64,000 bases of DNA from Candidatus Moraniibacteriota bacterium (GCA_037441965.1 JBBIRD010000001.1:2255-66254), one strand, 5' to 3'. Counted from the first letter of the stretch, positions 52,657 to 63,194 are shown. The notes: generated from the letters alone by a model not told the origin. A program made the numbers and translations.

Positions 52657-54603
52657 ATGCAAACGAATTATTCGTTTCAAGGAAGGAAAGGCCAAAGTAA
52701 TTTTAGTAAACCTCTCTCGGCAGGGTCTTTTGAGGGTATTGTTGCGAACGCACAAGCACCCAAAGCAACACATAAGAATTATGTGCCAAAAAAAGATGTC
52801 AAGAAACAAAATAATCAGCCGAAGAAGTCTTCTGGTAAAAAAAATAACCAGAAAAATAATCGTCGTTTTCCGATGCCGATGAAGAGTCGTTTGGAATCGA
52901 CACATAACGGTATCAATGTTCCAGCTCTTGGTGAGAAGCGTCTCCGTATTATCCCTCTTGGCGGACAAGAAGAAGTCGGTCGCAATATGACTGTTTTTGA
53001 ATATGGGAATGATATTGTTCTGATCGATATGGGATTGCAATTTCCTGAGGAAGATATGCCAGGTATTGACTATATTATTCCGAATGTGAACTATCTGAAA
53101 GGAAAAGAGAAAAATATTCGTGGTGTTATTTTCACACACGGACACCTTGATCATATTGGAGCTGCCCCATTACTTCTAAAAAAATTAGGATATCCTCCAA
53201 TTATCTCTCGTGATCTGACACTGGCTCTTATTAAACATAAAGTGGAGGATCAAGAAAAAGGTGCAGGAAGTCGTCTCAAGATGGTCCGGATAAAAAATAT
53301 AACTGATCGTATTCGTGTTGGATCCTTTGAAGCTCGTTTCTTTGAAGTAGAACATTCTATTATGGATGCTATTGGTATTGTTCTCCTTTCACCTGTTGGA
53401 TCAGTGATTCATATGGGTGATTGGACAATTTCTCATAATCCAATCGAAGAAAAAGAAATTTCTTATAAACATCTGGCAAATCTACCAAGGCCGACAATAT
53501 TGATGCTTGAGAGTTTAGGAGCTTTGAAAAAAGGTCTTCCACCATCAGAGCAGGAAGTGCATCAGAATTTGAAAAATCTTATCAGAAGTGTTCCAGGAAG
53601 ACTGATTATTGGAACATTTGCTTCTCAGATTCGTCGCATAAGTTATCTTATTGAGTATGCGGAACAACTTGGAAAGAAAGTAGCGCTCGAAGGATATAGT
53701 ATGAAGATGAATATCGAAGTAGCCAAAGAACTTGGTTATATCAAAGTCAAGAAAGAAACACTGATCAGTGTAAACGATATTCATAAATACAAAGATGATC
53801 AAGTGGTCGTTATCTGTACTGGCGCACAAGGAGAATTGAATGCAGCACTCTCTCGTATTGTGACAGACAACCATCGATTTATTAAACTTCAGAAGAATGA
53901 TACTATTGTTTTTTCTTCTTCTGTAATCCCTGGAAATGAGCGCACGATTCAACGATTGAAAGATAATCTTTATCGAAAGTGTGACAATATTATCCATAGT
54001 GATATTATGGAAATCCATATCGGTGGACATTCGACTGCTCAGGGAATGGAAGAGATGCTCCGTCAGGTACAGCCGACATATTTTCTTCCTGTATATGCCA
54101 ATCATTATTTTCTGAAAGAAGCGGCAAAAATTGCTTATCGTATGGGTTTTCCAGAGAAAAATGTAGCAGTGCTTGATAATGGAAGTGTTTTTGAACTCGA
54201 TGATCAAGGAAGTTTTTCGGTACGAAAAGAGAAGGCTGATACGAGTTATGTTTTTATTGACGGACTCGGTATCGGTGATATCGGACATGTTGTATTGCGT
54301 GATCGTCAGGTATTGGCTCAAGATGGTATGATCGTCATCACTACCATTATCGATTCGAAAACAAAAAGTGTCGTTGGTAATATTCAGATTACTTCACGAG
54401 GGTTTATTCATGTGAAAGAAAACTTCGATCTCGTCAATGAAACAAAACGCAAAGTAGAAAAAGTTGTCAAAGACAATACTGCCAAAGATTCTTCGGTTGA
54501 TTTTGATCTCATACGCAATCAGATTCGTGAAGTTGTAGGGCAATTTCTTTTTACGAAGACTGAGCGTCGCCCGATGGTGTTGCCAGTGGTGATTGAAGTT
54601 TAA
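52657..54603 (+). CDS. rnj: Ribonuclease J with N-terminal extension
   Basis: PLGGQEEVGRNM, THGHLDHIG, VIPGNE and RRPMVLPV. Confidence 0.95.
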   Translation: MQTNYSFQGRKGQSNFSKPLSAGSFEGIVANAQAPKATHKNYVPKKDVKKQNNQPKKSSGKKNNQKNNRRFPMPMKSRLESTHNGINVPALGEKRLRIIPLGGQEEVGRNMTVFEYGNDIVLIDMGLQFPEEDMPGIDYIIPNVNYLKGKEKNIRGVIFTHGHLDHIGAAPLLLKKLGYPPIISRDLTLALIKHKVEDQEKGAGSRLKMVRIKNITDRIRVGSFEARFFEVEHSIMDAIGIVLLSPVGSVIHMGDWTISHNPIEEKEISYKHLANLPRPTILMLESLGALKKGLPPSEQEVHQNLKNLIRSVPGRLIIGTFASQIRRISYLIEYAEQLGKKVALEGYSMKMNIEVAKELGYIKVKKETLISVNDIHKYKDDQVVVICTGAQGELNAALSRIVTDNHRFIKLQKNDTIVFSSSVIPGNERTIQRLKDNLYRKCDNIIHSDIMEIHIGGHSTAQGMEEMLRQVQPTYFLPVYANHYFLKEAAKIAYRMGFPEKNVAVLDNGSVFELDDQGSFSVRKEKADTSYVFIDGLGIGDIGHVVLRDRQVLAQDGMIVITTIIDSKTKSVVGNIQITSRGFIHVKENFDLVNETKRKVEKVVKDNTAKDSSVDFDLIRNQIREVVGQFLFTKTERRPMVLPVVIEV

Positions 54604-54610
54604 TCATAAT

Positions 54611-54643
54611 AAGAAAAGAAGTTCTTAAGGACTTCTTTTCTTT
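54611..54643 (+). terminator. Intrinsic terminator after rnj
   Basis: AAGAAAAGAAGT/ACTTCTTTTCTT inverted repeat. Confidence 0.6.
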
Positions 54644-54696
54644 ATTTTCAAAGAACGCTTTCTTTGTGGTATAATAAAAACAGAAAGAAATATTTT

Positions 54697-55341
54697 ATGT
54701 TTAAAAGAATTATTATTATTTTGAGTGTTGTTATCTTACTCCTTTTGGGGTTGTTTCTTTATCGTTATAATAAAAATACAAAAACTGATGTTCCAGAGCC
54801 TACTGTTACAGAAGCGAAACCAAAAGAATTAACAATGAAGAAAATAGAAACAAAACCAGCTCCAGAACAGGATACTGCTTCATTTTTTGGCACTGCAAAT
54901 TTTGAAAGTGAAAGTTTTCGAATTGGTGATATCGCTATCGGAGGAGAGTCGCAATTTCTTTTGAGTGAAGACACTCCTGATCCTCTCGTTATTACCAATA
55001 TCCGAGGAGAGACATTTACGGAGAAGAATAAACCGGAAGTGAAACTCATCATCACCTGGAAAACAAATAAACTTGCAAAATCGGATATCTCTTATGGGAA
55101 AGGGACAACACAAGCAAAGAAAACAGTGAACGAACCGGATTATACAACCAATCATAGTTTGATCCTTCCTGGATTAGAGCAATCGGCAACATATATCTAC
55201 ACAATCGTTTCAAGAGATCGATTTGGTAATGAAGTAACGAGTGATCAACATGCTATCTATACCGGAGCGAAAACAGTTTCGCTGTTTGATTTGATTGCAG
55301 GAGCGGTGGGTGATGTTTTCGGTTGGGCGGTGAAGAAGTAA
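54697..55341 (+). CDS. Membrane-anchored protein with an FN3-like domain
   Basis: TM anchor; ITWKTN...HSLILPGL...YIYTIVSRD.FGN. Confidence 0.7.
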   Translation: MFKRIIIILSVVILLLLGLFLYRYNKNTKTDVPEPTVTEAKPKELTMKKIETKPAPEQDTASFFGTANFESESFRIGDIAIGGESQFLLSEDTPDPLVITNIRGETFTEKNKPEVKLIITWKTNKLAKSDISYGKGTTQAKKTVNEPDYTTNHSLILPGLEQSATYIYTIVSRDRFGNEVTSDQHAIYTGAKTVSLFDLIAGAVGDVFGWAVKK

Positions 55342-55375
55342 ATATAAAGCAGTTTCGTTTTAAGATAAATCAGTA

Positions 55376-56380
55376 ATGGAAAATTGTATGAAACAACGAA
55401 TTTTTTCTGGAATAAAACCATCAGGCGATCTTCATCTCGGAAATTATCTGGGTGCTATTTCTCAGTGGGTTACTCTTCAGAATGAGTATGAATCATTGTT
55501 TTGCGTCGTTGATCTGCATGCTATCACAGTGAGTCAAGATCCGATTGAGCTTCGTCAAAAGACATTAGAAATCGCTAAGATTTATTTGGCTTCGGGTATT
55601 GATCCTACGAAATCAGTGATGTTTGTCCAATCGCATATACCAGAACATACAGAACTTGCTTGGATACTGAACACTATTACACGCTTTGGTGATTTGGAAA
55701 AGATGACACAATTCAAAGATAAATCAGCAAAAAGCGAAAAGGAAACTGTCGGCATCGGCCTTTTTGATTACCCTGTTCTGATGGCGAGTGATATTTTACT
55801 TTATGATACTCAGATTGTTCCTGTTGGTAAGGATCAACTTCAGCATATCGAACTTACACGAACATTAGCACGGCGTTTTAACGAGCGTTTTGGTGAAGTA
55901 TTTGTTATTCCAGAAGGAAGAGTATCGAAAGAGGGTGAGGTAATTATGGCACTCGATGATCCAACAAAGAAGATGTCTAAATCAGCTCGGAGCGAATATA
56001 ATTCTATTGCTTTAACTGACGATGCTGATGCAATACGACGGAAGATAAAAAAAGCAGTTACTGATAGTGGAAGTGAGATTGTTTATTCTGATGATAAACC
56101 AGCACTCAAGAATCTGATCAATATTTATTCTCTTCTTTCTCATACAACAACCGCAGATATTGAAAGAACTTATCAGGGAAAAGGATATGGCGATTTCAAA
56201 ACAGATTTAGCTGAAGTAATTGTGAATTTCTTGATACCATTTCAAGATCGTATGAAAAATATTTCTGATGATGAAATTATCTCTCTTTTGAAAACTGGCG
56301 CCGAAAAAGCCAAAGAAAGAGCGGAAGCAAAAATGAAACAAGTGAGAGAGAAAGTAGGATTTCTTCTTGCAAAAGAATAA
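55376..56380 (+). CDS. trpS: Tryptophan--tRNA ligase
   Basis: PSGDLHLGNYLGA, VPVGKDQ and KMSKS; start may be 55388. Confidence 0.97.
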   Translation: MENCMKQRIFSGIKPSGDLHLGNYLGAISQWVTLQNEYESLFCVVDLHAITVSQDPIELRQKTLEIAKIYLASGIDPTKSVMFVQSHIPEHTELAWILNTITRFGDLEKMTQFKDKSAKSEKETVGIGLFDYPVLMASDILLYDTQIVPVGKDQLQHIELTRTLARRFNERFGEVFVIPEGRVSKEGEVIMALDDPTKKMSKSARSEYNSIALTDDADAIRRKIKKAVTDSGSEIVYSDDKPALKNLINIYSLLSHTTTADIERTYQGKGYGDFKTDLAEVIVNFLIPFQDRMKNISDDEIISLLKTGAEKAKERAEAKMKQVREKVGFLLAKE

Positions 56381-56421
56381 AAAAAATACCCGTGATCAGT
56401 TTCTGATACGGGTGTTTTTTT
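56381..56421. terminator. Bidirectional intrinsic terminator
   Basis: A-run-ATACCCGT/ACGGGTGT-T-run between convergent genes. Confidence 0.7.
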
Positions 56422-56626
56422 ATTCGTGTTGTCTTTTCTCTGCTTCTTCGCGAAATGGTGCACAAATAGTACCGTCACATTCTGCATTACCATGGTGTAA
56501 TTTCCATGATCGTGCAGTGAGTGCCGTGCAATAACAGCGAAGCCGAAGAGGAGGTTTCTTCTCTGTTTGATTTTCTTGATATATCAAATGAGTAATAATG
56601 CTTGAGTTTTCAAGATATGTATTCAT
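56420..56626 (-). CDS. Small Cys/His-rich protein, 68 aa
   Basis: AAAGGA SD before ATG at 56626; CYC...HH...C....C; ends at the bidirectional terminator. Confidence 0.5.
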   Translation of the reverse strand: MNTYLENSSIITHLIYQENQTEKKPPLRLRCYCTALTARSWKLHHGNAECDGTICAPFREEAEKRQHE

Positions 56627-56846
56627 TATGCGTCCTTTCGAAAAAAATGTTAATGAACAAATGGGATATAAAAAAACCACCTTTGTAGGTGGTTTAGAAG
56701 AAAATAAATTGAAAAAGAGAATAGATGATAAGTTTTCTCTTTTTGAATATTTTCTTGCTCATATTTTGATACCTAGTATACTCTGAAAAAGATAGATATA
56801 CAATATCTTGTCAAGAGTTGCTATAGGAATAGGATACATAAGAGAT

Positions 56847-58181
56847 TTACTTGCGTATAAGAGAGAGGATCTCTTTTTGTTTTTCTTCCATCATTTCTAT
56901 AGTTTTTGCTTCAAGATTGAGACGAAGGAGCGGTTCGGTATTGGATGGACGAACATTGAACCACCAATCAGGATAATCTACTTTGAGTCCGTCGAGCGTG
57001 CTGATTTGTCCATCGCTGTATTTCTCCTGCAACGCTTTAAGGATGATGTCTTTATCTGTTACTTCACTATTGATTTCTGCCGAGTGTGCATAGCGTCTAA
57101 GATCAGAAACGAGTTCAGATATTTTCTTTCCTGTTTCCGCCATTAGATTGAGAAGAAGAAAGGCAACGAGAGTACTAGCCTCAGCGAAAGAGTTTTCTTC
57201 GAAGTAATAATGTCCGGAAAGTTCACCAGCAAAAATAGCTCCGTCTGCGCGCATTTGTCTTTTGATAAAAGCATGCCCAACACGACATTCTTTGGCGGTG
57301 CCACCATTTTCTTCGATGACTTCGCGTACAGATCGAGAAGAACGGAGATCATAGAGAATAGTTGCACCTGGTTTTTTCTGAAGAATAATCTTCGCAACAA
57401 GTCCTGTAATGAGATCCATCGGAATAACCGTCCCTGTTTCATCAGTGAATCCGACGCGGTCAGCATCACCATCATAAGCAATACCGAGATCAGCGCCTAC
57501 TTCTTTTACTGTGGCACAGAGTTCATTAAGCGTTTCTGTTTTGAGAGGATTGGCTTCATGACACTGAAAGGGGTGAGTAAGGTCATTGTAGAGATTGACG
57601 ATGGTAAGATTGTCAGGAAATTTCTCGTACATTGGAAGTTCGAAAACGCCCATAGAATTGGCGGTATCGATAGCAACAGTAAATTTTTTCTCACCGAATT
57701 CTGCGAAAGAAGAAAACTCTGCATAATATTCTGGACGGATATCATAAGTTGTCATCGTTCCGGATACATCAGACTTTTCCAATGTATTCTGAAGGGCAAT
57801 ATCACGAATTTCACGAAGACCAGAATCTTCTCCGACTGGTAGAGCGCCTCGAAGAGCGATTTTGAGTCCATTGTATTCGATAGGATTGTGTGATGCAGTG
57901 AGGGAAACTACCGCATCGACATCGAGATGACCAGCAGAAAAATAGACCATCGGCGTACTGATCACGCCAAGATCGACGACATCGCACCCGCTATCCATAA
58001 CGCCACGAGCGAAACTTTCAAAAAGCGCTGGACTTGATGGACGAATGTCACGACCAATACCTATCTTTTTTGATTTGAGATATGCGACAACAGCACAGCC
58101 GATAGTATACACATCTTCTTCATTGATATCGGTTGGATACACACCACGAATATCGTAGGCTTTAAAAATTTCTTTTTTCAT
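56847..58181 (-). CDS. manB: Phosphomannomutase/phosphoglucomutase
   Basis: FKAYDIRG, TASHNP, DGDADR, GELSGH and RPSNTEP. Confidence 0.93.
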   Translation of the reverse strand: MKKEIFKAYDIRGVYPTDINEEDVYTIGCAVVAYLKSKKIGIGRDIRPSSPALFESFARGVMDSGCDVVDLGVISTPMVYFSAGHLDVDAVVSLTASHNPIEYNGLKIALRGALPVGEDSGLREIRDIALQNTLEKSDVSGTMTTYDIRPEYYAEFSSFAEFGEKKFTVAIDTANSMGVFELPMYEKFPDNLTIVNLYNDLTHPFQCHEANPLKTETLNELCATVKEVGADLGIAYDGDADRVGFTDETGTVIPMDLITGLVAKIILQKKPGATILYDLRSSRSVREVIEENGGTAKECRVGHAFIKRQMRADGAIFAGELSGHYYFEENSFAEASTLVAFLLLNLMAETGKKISELVSDLRRYAHSAEINSEVTDKDIILKALQEKYSDGQISTLDGLKVDYPDWWFNVRPSNTEPLLRLNLEAKTIEMMEEKQKEILSLIRK

Positions 58182-58304
58182 AGAGTTACAGAAAATAGAT
58201 AAGAATGATACATTTTATTATAGCATATTTTCCTTAAGAATACTCATTTTTTGACGCATTGCCTTTTTTCTGCGAATATAGAATATATTATTTATTTTTC
58301 TTTT

Positions 58305-59354
58305 ATGGCACTTAAAGTAGGTATTGTAGGACTTCCCAACGTCGGAAAATCGACGCTTTTCAAGGCACTTACGCGTAAGGTGGTTGATATCAATAATTAT
58401 CCTTTTTGCACTATTGAACCCAATGTTGGTATTGTTGAAGTACCGGATGAACGATTAGGAAAACTTGCAAAAATGTCAGGAACGAAAAAGATTATTCCTG
58501 CGGTGATAGAATTTGTTGATATTGCAGGACTCGTGAAAGGAGCAAGTGAAGGCGAGGGCCTCGGTAATAAGTTTTTGCAAAATATTCGTGAAGTTGATGC
58601 AATTGTCGAGGTAGTGAGAGTTTTTGAGAATCCTGATATTATTCATGTTCACAATGCAATCGATCCGACAAATGATATAGAAATTATCAATACTGAACTC
58701 ATTCTTGCTGATTTAGAAACAATTACGAAGCGCAAACTTAAAACAGGTAAGGATGCTAGAGCAGGGAAAAAGGAGGCGGTAACAGAGATGAACATTCTTG
58801 AGAAATTAGAGAAAGAGTTTGAAGCAGGACGATTGCCACATACTCTGCTCAAAACTTTCTCTGTAGAAGAAACAAAGATGGTAAAGAATTTACAGCTTCT
58901 CACAACAAAACCGTTTCTCTATGTATACAATGTCTCTGATATCGATCGTCCATTGAATGCAGATCTTGAGAGTCGTCCTTATGTGAAGCTTGATATCAAG
59001 ATAGAAGAAGAGCTCATCGAGATGTCGCCAGAGGAAATACAAGAAATGGGACTTGTTTCGCATATTGGTGATTTGGCACAATCAGCGTACTCACTCCTTG
59101 GGCTTATGACATATTTCACAACAGGTGTCGAAGAAACGCGTGCTTGGACAATACCTATCGGATCGACAGCTCCGCAAGCAGGCAGTGCTATTCATAATGA
59201 TTTTGAAGAGAAATTTATTCGTGCTGAAGTTATCCATTGGAGCAAACTTCTTGAAGCGGGTTCATGGAGTAATGCCCGTGATACTGGCATCCTCCGCCTC
59301 GAAGGAAAAAACTATATCGTCCAAGATGGCGATGTCATTGTTTTTAAGATATAA
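58305..59354 (+). CDS. ychF: Redox-regulated ATPase YchF
   Basis: [29 protein letters not shown] and YIVQDGD. Confidence 0.96.
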   Translation: MALKVGIVGLPNVGKSTLFKALTRKVVDINNYPFCTIEPNVGIVEVPDERLGKLAKMSGTKKIIPAVIEFVDIAGLVKGASEGEGLGNKFLQNIREVDAIVEVVRVFENPDIIHVHNAIDPTNDIEIINTELILADLETITKRKLKTGKDARAGKKEAVTEMNILEKLEKEFEAGRLPHTLLKTFSVEETKMVKNLQLLTTKPFLYVYNVSDIDRPLNADLESRPYVKLDIKIEEELIEMSPEEIQEMGLVSHIGDLAQSAYSLLGLMTYFTTGVEETRAWTIPIGSTAPQAGSAIHNDFEEKFIRAEVIHWSKLLEAGSWSNARDTGILRLEGKNYIVQDGDVIVFKI

Positions 59355-59371
59355 GATAATGGTATATTTTT

Positions 59372-61945
59372 ATGAATGAAAAGAAAAGAATACTTTTGTG
59401 TTATTTTGGTGTATCACATTTTTCTTATACTCCTACAGATATAGGTTATATTGTAGCTATTTTAGAACAGAAATTTTCATCAACAGAGTATATTTTTGAT
59501 ATCGTTCAATTAGATTATGAATTATCTGTTGATAGAAAAGAGGGTTCGATTGTTAATCCTCATCTAAAATATATTGAAAGAAGTACGCGACTTATTGAAT
59601 ATTATCATCCATACGCAGTATTTTTCTTCTTAGAGAATGTCTTATGGAGTAAAGTGTTTGCACTAGGAAGAACAAAGAGTATTGCTAAGAATCTTCGTTC
59701 TAATAACCCAAAATTATTTATTGGTTTACAGAGTTTTAAGATTCAACAAATACAAATAGATCAAGTGTTAGATAACAATTTAGCGGATTGTATAATTATC
59801 GGTGACCCAGAAGAATTATTTCTAAAATTGAGCGAGATATTATTGAGAATGCCTGTCATTGGAGTGAGATATCAAAAACAATTTGGTGAAATGAACTATA
59901 AGAAGCAGTCTTTCCTTATGGCAAAAGAAAACGTAGAGACTATTTCAGTTGGTAGTCTTGATCGAATACCTTCTCCGTACCTAAATCATACTTTTGATAA
60001 TTTTCTCCAATCATCACAAATAATATCTAATGGACATTTTCGAGCATTCCTCGTTTCATCTCGAGGGTGTCGTTTTGGTTGTTATTATTGTTTTCGGAGT
60101 ACAAAATTTGAAAAGATACAATATTTTTCAGCAAAACGATTTTATGATGAATTAGAATATTTATTTAATACTTTCCGTATACATCATTTTTTTGTTTTAG
60201 ATGACGCTTTTATTTATTCTCGAAAACGCTTAGAGGAATTTGAACATGAGTTTCAAACTCGATTAAATAAGAATCCTGACTTACAAAAAGTAGATCTTTT
60301 CGTTATGGCAAGACCAGAAAGCATAAACGAGGAAATAGTAAAAATATTGAAAGCGATGAATGTAAAGTATATACAGATTGGATTACAGACAGTAAATCCG
60401 TCTTTGCAGGTTTTTATGAGAAGGAGACAAGATGTGGTTCATTTTGTGAAAATCAGAGAGTGGTTAAAAAAGTATAACATCCTTTTGCATCTAGATGTTG
60501 TGATTGGTTTACCGGGAGATTCTGTTGAATGGATGAAGGAAACAATGCGTTATGTATTACTTATGGATCCATTTTCTGTTCAGATTAAGCAGTTTTATCT
60601 CGGACCTAATACGCTTTTTTCAATTAGAACAAAAGAATACAATATTAAGATTGATGATACTGAATCAAGTTTTAATACACCATATGTGATCAGTGCAAAC
60701 AATATAGATGATCAGTATTTTACAGAGACAAATCATTTCATTATGAATCAAATCAAGGATAATCCACAGATTCGGTGGAAATATTTATCGAAGAAGCAAT
60801 CATTTATTAGTGGTTTATCTACAAAGATTTCTTCGGAGCATGAAACATCTCTTCATAATGAGCATAGAGGTTCAGACGATCGGATTCAGAAATACTTTAA
60901 TGTTTTATGGCATATAGGCAGCAGTAAAGGTAAGAATAGTGTATATGTGGTAACAGCAGTAGATGATCAGTACGCTTATATTGTTTCGCGTTCTGCAACA
61001 ATTTGTATGGCAATAGATCAATTATCAGGGTGTATAGTATGGAAATTTGAAGTTTTTTCCTTCCAAACGGATCATATATCTCCTTATCTTAAGGTGTCTG
61101 CAGGCAAAGTATATTTTCGAGCAGTCGATCGAAATCTGTATTGCTTAGATGCAAAAAATGGAAATCGCTTATGGGTTTTTCTTGAAGAAAATGTAGAAGA
61201 TGATACTTGTGTTATTGATCAATATGTCCATTGTATATCTATTGTTACATCAGGTGGTCTTTTTACACGAAGAAAAAAAATAGTAACTTTAGATATGAGA
61301 ACTGGTAAGAAGAGATGGGAACATTTTATTAGTATTGATCAATCAATAGCCTTGATACATGATGAAAAGAATCACTTTATGTATATTCGTGAGGGTGACA
61401 GGCAGGTTTCTTCGGTACAGATAGAGAATCATAAATTAAAGTGGACACATTGTTATTATCAGAATATAGACGGGCAGATAGTTATTGATCAATCAGGAAA
61501 GGATCTTTTCTTTTTATCTACTGATGGAAAGCATTATTCTATAAAAACAAAAGACGGATCCACGGAAATGCTTTTTCAATCGCGTGGATTTGATAAACAA
61601 TCTATTCTCTTTGTATATAATGAATATATTATTTTATATTCGTGTAATAAGGGAATACAATGCATTCATCTAAAGACAGGAATGATTCGGTGGATATACT
61701 CTTTGAACAGCGTTACTTCTGTAAATTATGTGGTACTAGATGCAAGTATGTTTATTTATAAAGAAGAGGATTTACTCATTGAGATTGATATAGTGACAGG
61801 AATGACAAAATCGTGTTTTTCCCTGACGGGTATTGGTCAAGATAGTATTCTTATATATAGCGAAAAAAAGAAACGCTTTTTCTTATCTATGAATTCTGGT
61901 GATTTATTTTGTTTTTCAAGACAGATGTTCTCACATTTACGATAG
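59372..61945 (+). CDS. B12-binding-domain-type radical SAM protein fused to a PQQ/BamB-like beta-propeller
   Basis: SRGCRFGCYYC (CxxxCxxC), LDRIPSPY, LDDAF, IGLQT and IGLPGD; C-terminal LYCLDAKNGNRLW-type repeats. Confidence 0.85.
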   Translation: MNEKKRILLCYFGVSHFSYTPTDIGYIVAILEQKFSSTEYIFDIVQLDYELSVDRKEGSIVNPHLKYIERSTRLIEYYHPYAVFFFLENVLWSKVFALGRTKSIAKNLRSNNPKLFIGLQSFKIQQIQIDQVLDNNLADCIIIGDPEELFLKLSEILLRMPVIGVRYQKQFGEMNYKKQSFLMAKENVETISVGSLDRIPSPYLNHTFDNFLQSSQIISNGHFRAFLVSSRGCRFGCYYCFRSTKFEKIQYFSAKRFYDELEYLFNTFRIHHFFVLDDAFIYSRKRLEEFEHEFQTRLNKNPDLQKVDLFVMARPESINEEIVKILKAMNVKYIQIGLQTVNPSLQVFMRRRQDVVHFVKIREWLKKYNILLHLDVVIGLPGDSVEWMKETMRYVLLMDPFSVQIKQFYLGPNTLFSIRTKEYNIKIDDTESSFNTPYVISANNIDDQYFTETNHFIMNQIKDNPQIRWKYLSKKQSFISGLSTKISSEHETSLHNEHRGSDDRIQKYFNVLWHIGSSKGKNSVYVVTAVDDQYAYIVSRSATICMAIDQLSGCIVWKFEVFSFQTDHISPYLKVSAGKVYFRAVDRNLYCLDAKNGNRLWVFLEENVEDDTCVIDQYVHCISIVTSGGLFTRRKKIVTLDMRTGKKRWEHFISIDQSIALIHDEKNHFMYIREGDRQVSSVQIENHKLKWTHCYYQNIDGQIVIDQSGKDLFFLSTDGKHYSIKTKDGSTEMLFQSRGFDKQSILFVYNEYIILYSCNKGIQCIHLKTGMIRWIYSLNSVTSVNYVVLDASMFIYKEEDLLIEIDIVTGMTKSCFSLTGIGQDSILIYSEKKKRFFLSMNSGDLFCFSRQMFSHLR

Positions 61946-62034
61946 TTATCACAGAGAGACATTGCTATATTTACTCATTTATGTTATTTTAAGAAAGGAG
62001 TTTTTTATATTTAATTTTTTTAACATATTTTTGT

Positions 62035-62247
62035 ATGTTGTACAAAATAAAGAAAAGAACATTGTTCGTCTCAGGGGTATTCCTTCTGAGTTTGCTGAGT
62101 TTTTTAAACATAAATAATAAAGAGCGTATCTCACGATCTACCGTAAACTTTATACCAGAAGCGAATGCTGATGTTCCATATTGTAGTCCTTGCGGATGTC
62201 CTTATACACCGCAAGAGTGTTCGGGAGATGCAGGAGATGGAATTTAG
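62035..62247 (+). CDS. 70-aa peptide with signal-like leader and Cys-rich C-terminal core (putative RiPP precursor)
   Basis: Basic N-terminus, hydrophobic helix, then IPEANA|DVPYCSPCGCPYTPQECSGDAGDGI. Confidence 0.65.
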   Translation: MLYKIKKRTLFVSGVFLLSLLSFLNINNKERISRSTVNFIPEANADVPYCSPCGCPYTPQECSGDAGDGI

Positions 62248-62274
62248 TTATAATTTTTTAGAATTTCCTTATAT

Positions 62275-63162
62275 ATGGATAAATATAAAATAAAATTTTT
62301 GCTCCTCTTTTTATTGATTCTTGTTCTAGTATGTTTTGCATATTTCTTCTTCAAGTTCAAGAAACCATCTGTACCTATTGATGAAACATATGTTCTTGGT
62401 AAACAAAACGAATTATATAGTTTTAATGATTCTTCACAATCCAAAGTAGAAGTAATAAAAGAATTAAAAGATGTTTCTTTGGATACAAAAATAAACACAA
62501 AAACAAGGCTATTAGCAGGAACAGTGGTCGTTGGATCTTTTTTTGATTTTGGTATGCAATTAGAAAAAGGATTTTCTCCAAATTCTTTTACCGAAAGAGA
62601 GATCTATGAATATTCTAAACAAATAAATTCTTTAGGTAATTCGAAAACAGATTTACTGACAGCATATATTGGTTTGACATTTTATCCTCAAGAGATGACT
62701 GCTGAATCAGTCTCTTCTCTTCTCCGTTCATATCAAGAATATGCAAAGAATCTATCCTCTACAGATACAGATTGTTCTGGGGAATCCAAGTTTGCTTCTG
62801 TGTTGTATTTGTCTCAGAAAAACAATCTCACCCCTGTTATTGATGAGTTTGGTAATTATTTTGATGCTTTTGAGCGAGCAGATAATTTATGTCGTACAAA
62901 TCGCAAGAAGAATGTTTTTAGGCAATTTATGTGGTTAGCTGCTTTGAGTGATATTGGTAAATCTTCTAGAGAAGAAGAAAAGGCTCAGGAAATTGTTCAA
63001 TTTCTGATCGATAAAGAAAATTTGGTCAGTAAAGCAACATTATCGCAATACCTTAAAAATAGTTACTTTGCTTCTAAGAAAGAGCCTGATACTGTTATCA
63101 TTGTTGATCGATTGATTGCAAAATATCCAGCATTTAAATCTTTCGTAGAGAGTTTACAATAA
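62275..63162 (+). CDS. Membrane-anchored alpha-helical hypothetical protein
   Basis: N-terminal TM; 295-aa ORF within the operon. Confidence 0.75.
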   Translation: MDKYKIKFLLLFLLILVLVCFAYFFFKFKKPSVPIDETYVLGKQNELYSFNDSSQSKVEVIKELKDVSLDTKINTKTRLLAGTVVVGSFFDFGMQLEKGFSPNSFTEREIYEYSKQINSLGNSKTDLLTAYIGLTFYPQEMTAESVSSLLRSYQEYAKNLSSTDTDCSGESKFASVLYLSQKNNLTPVIDEFGNYFDAFERADNLCRTNRKKNVFRQFMWLAALSDIGKSSREEEKAQEIVQFLIDKENLVSKATLSQYLKNSYFASKKEPDTVIIVDRLIAKYPAFKSFVESLQ

Positions 63163-63194
63163 TATCTCCTATTTTTCTATCTGTACCTTTGATT

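Noticed and set aside
56420-56680. Possible ribosomal protein bL32/bL33
   Set aside because: It lacks the conserved bL32/bL33 motifs and their CxxC spacing.
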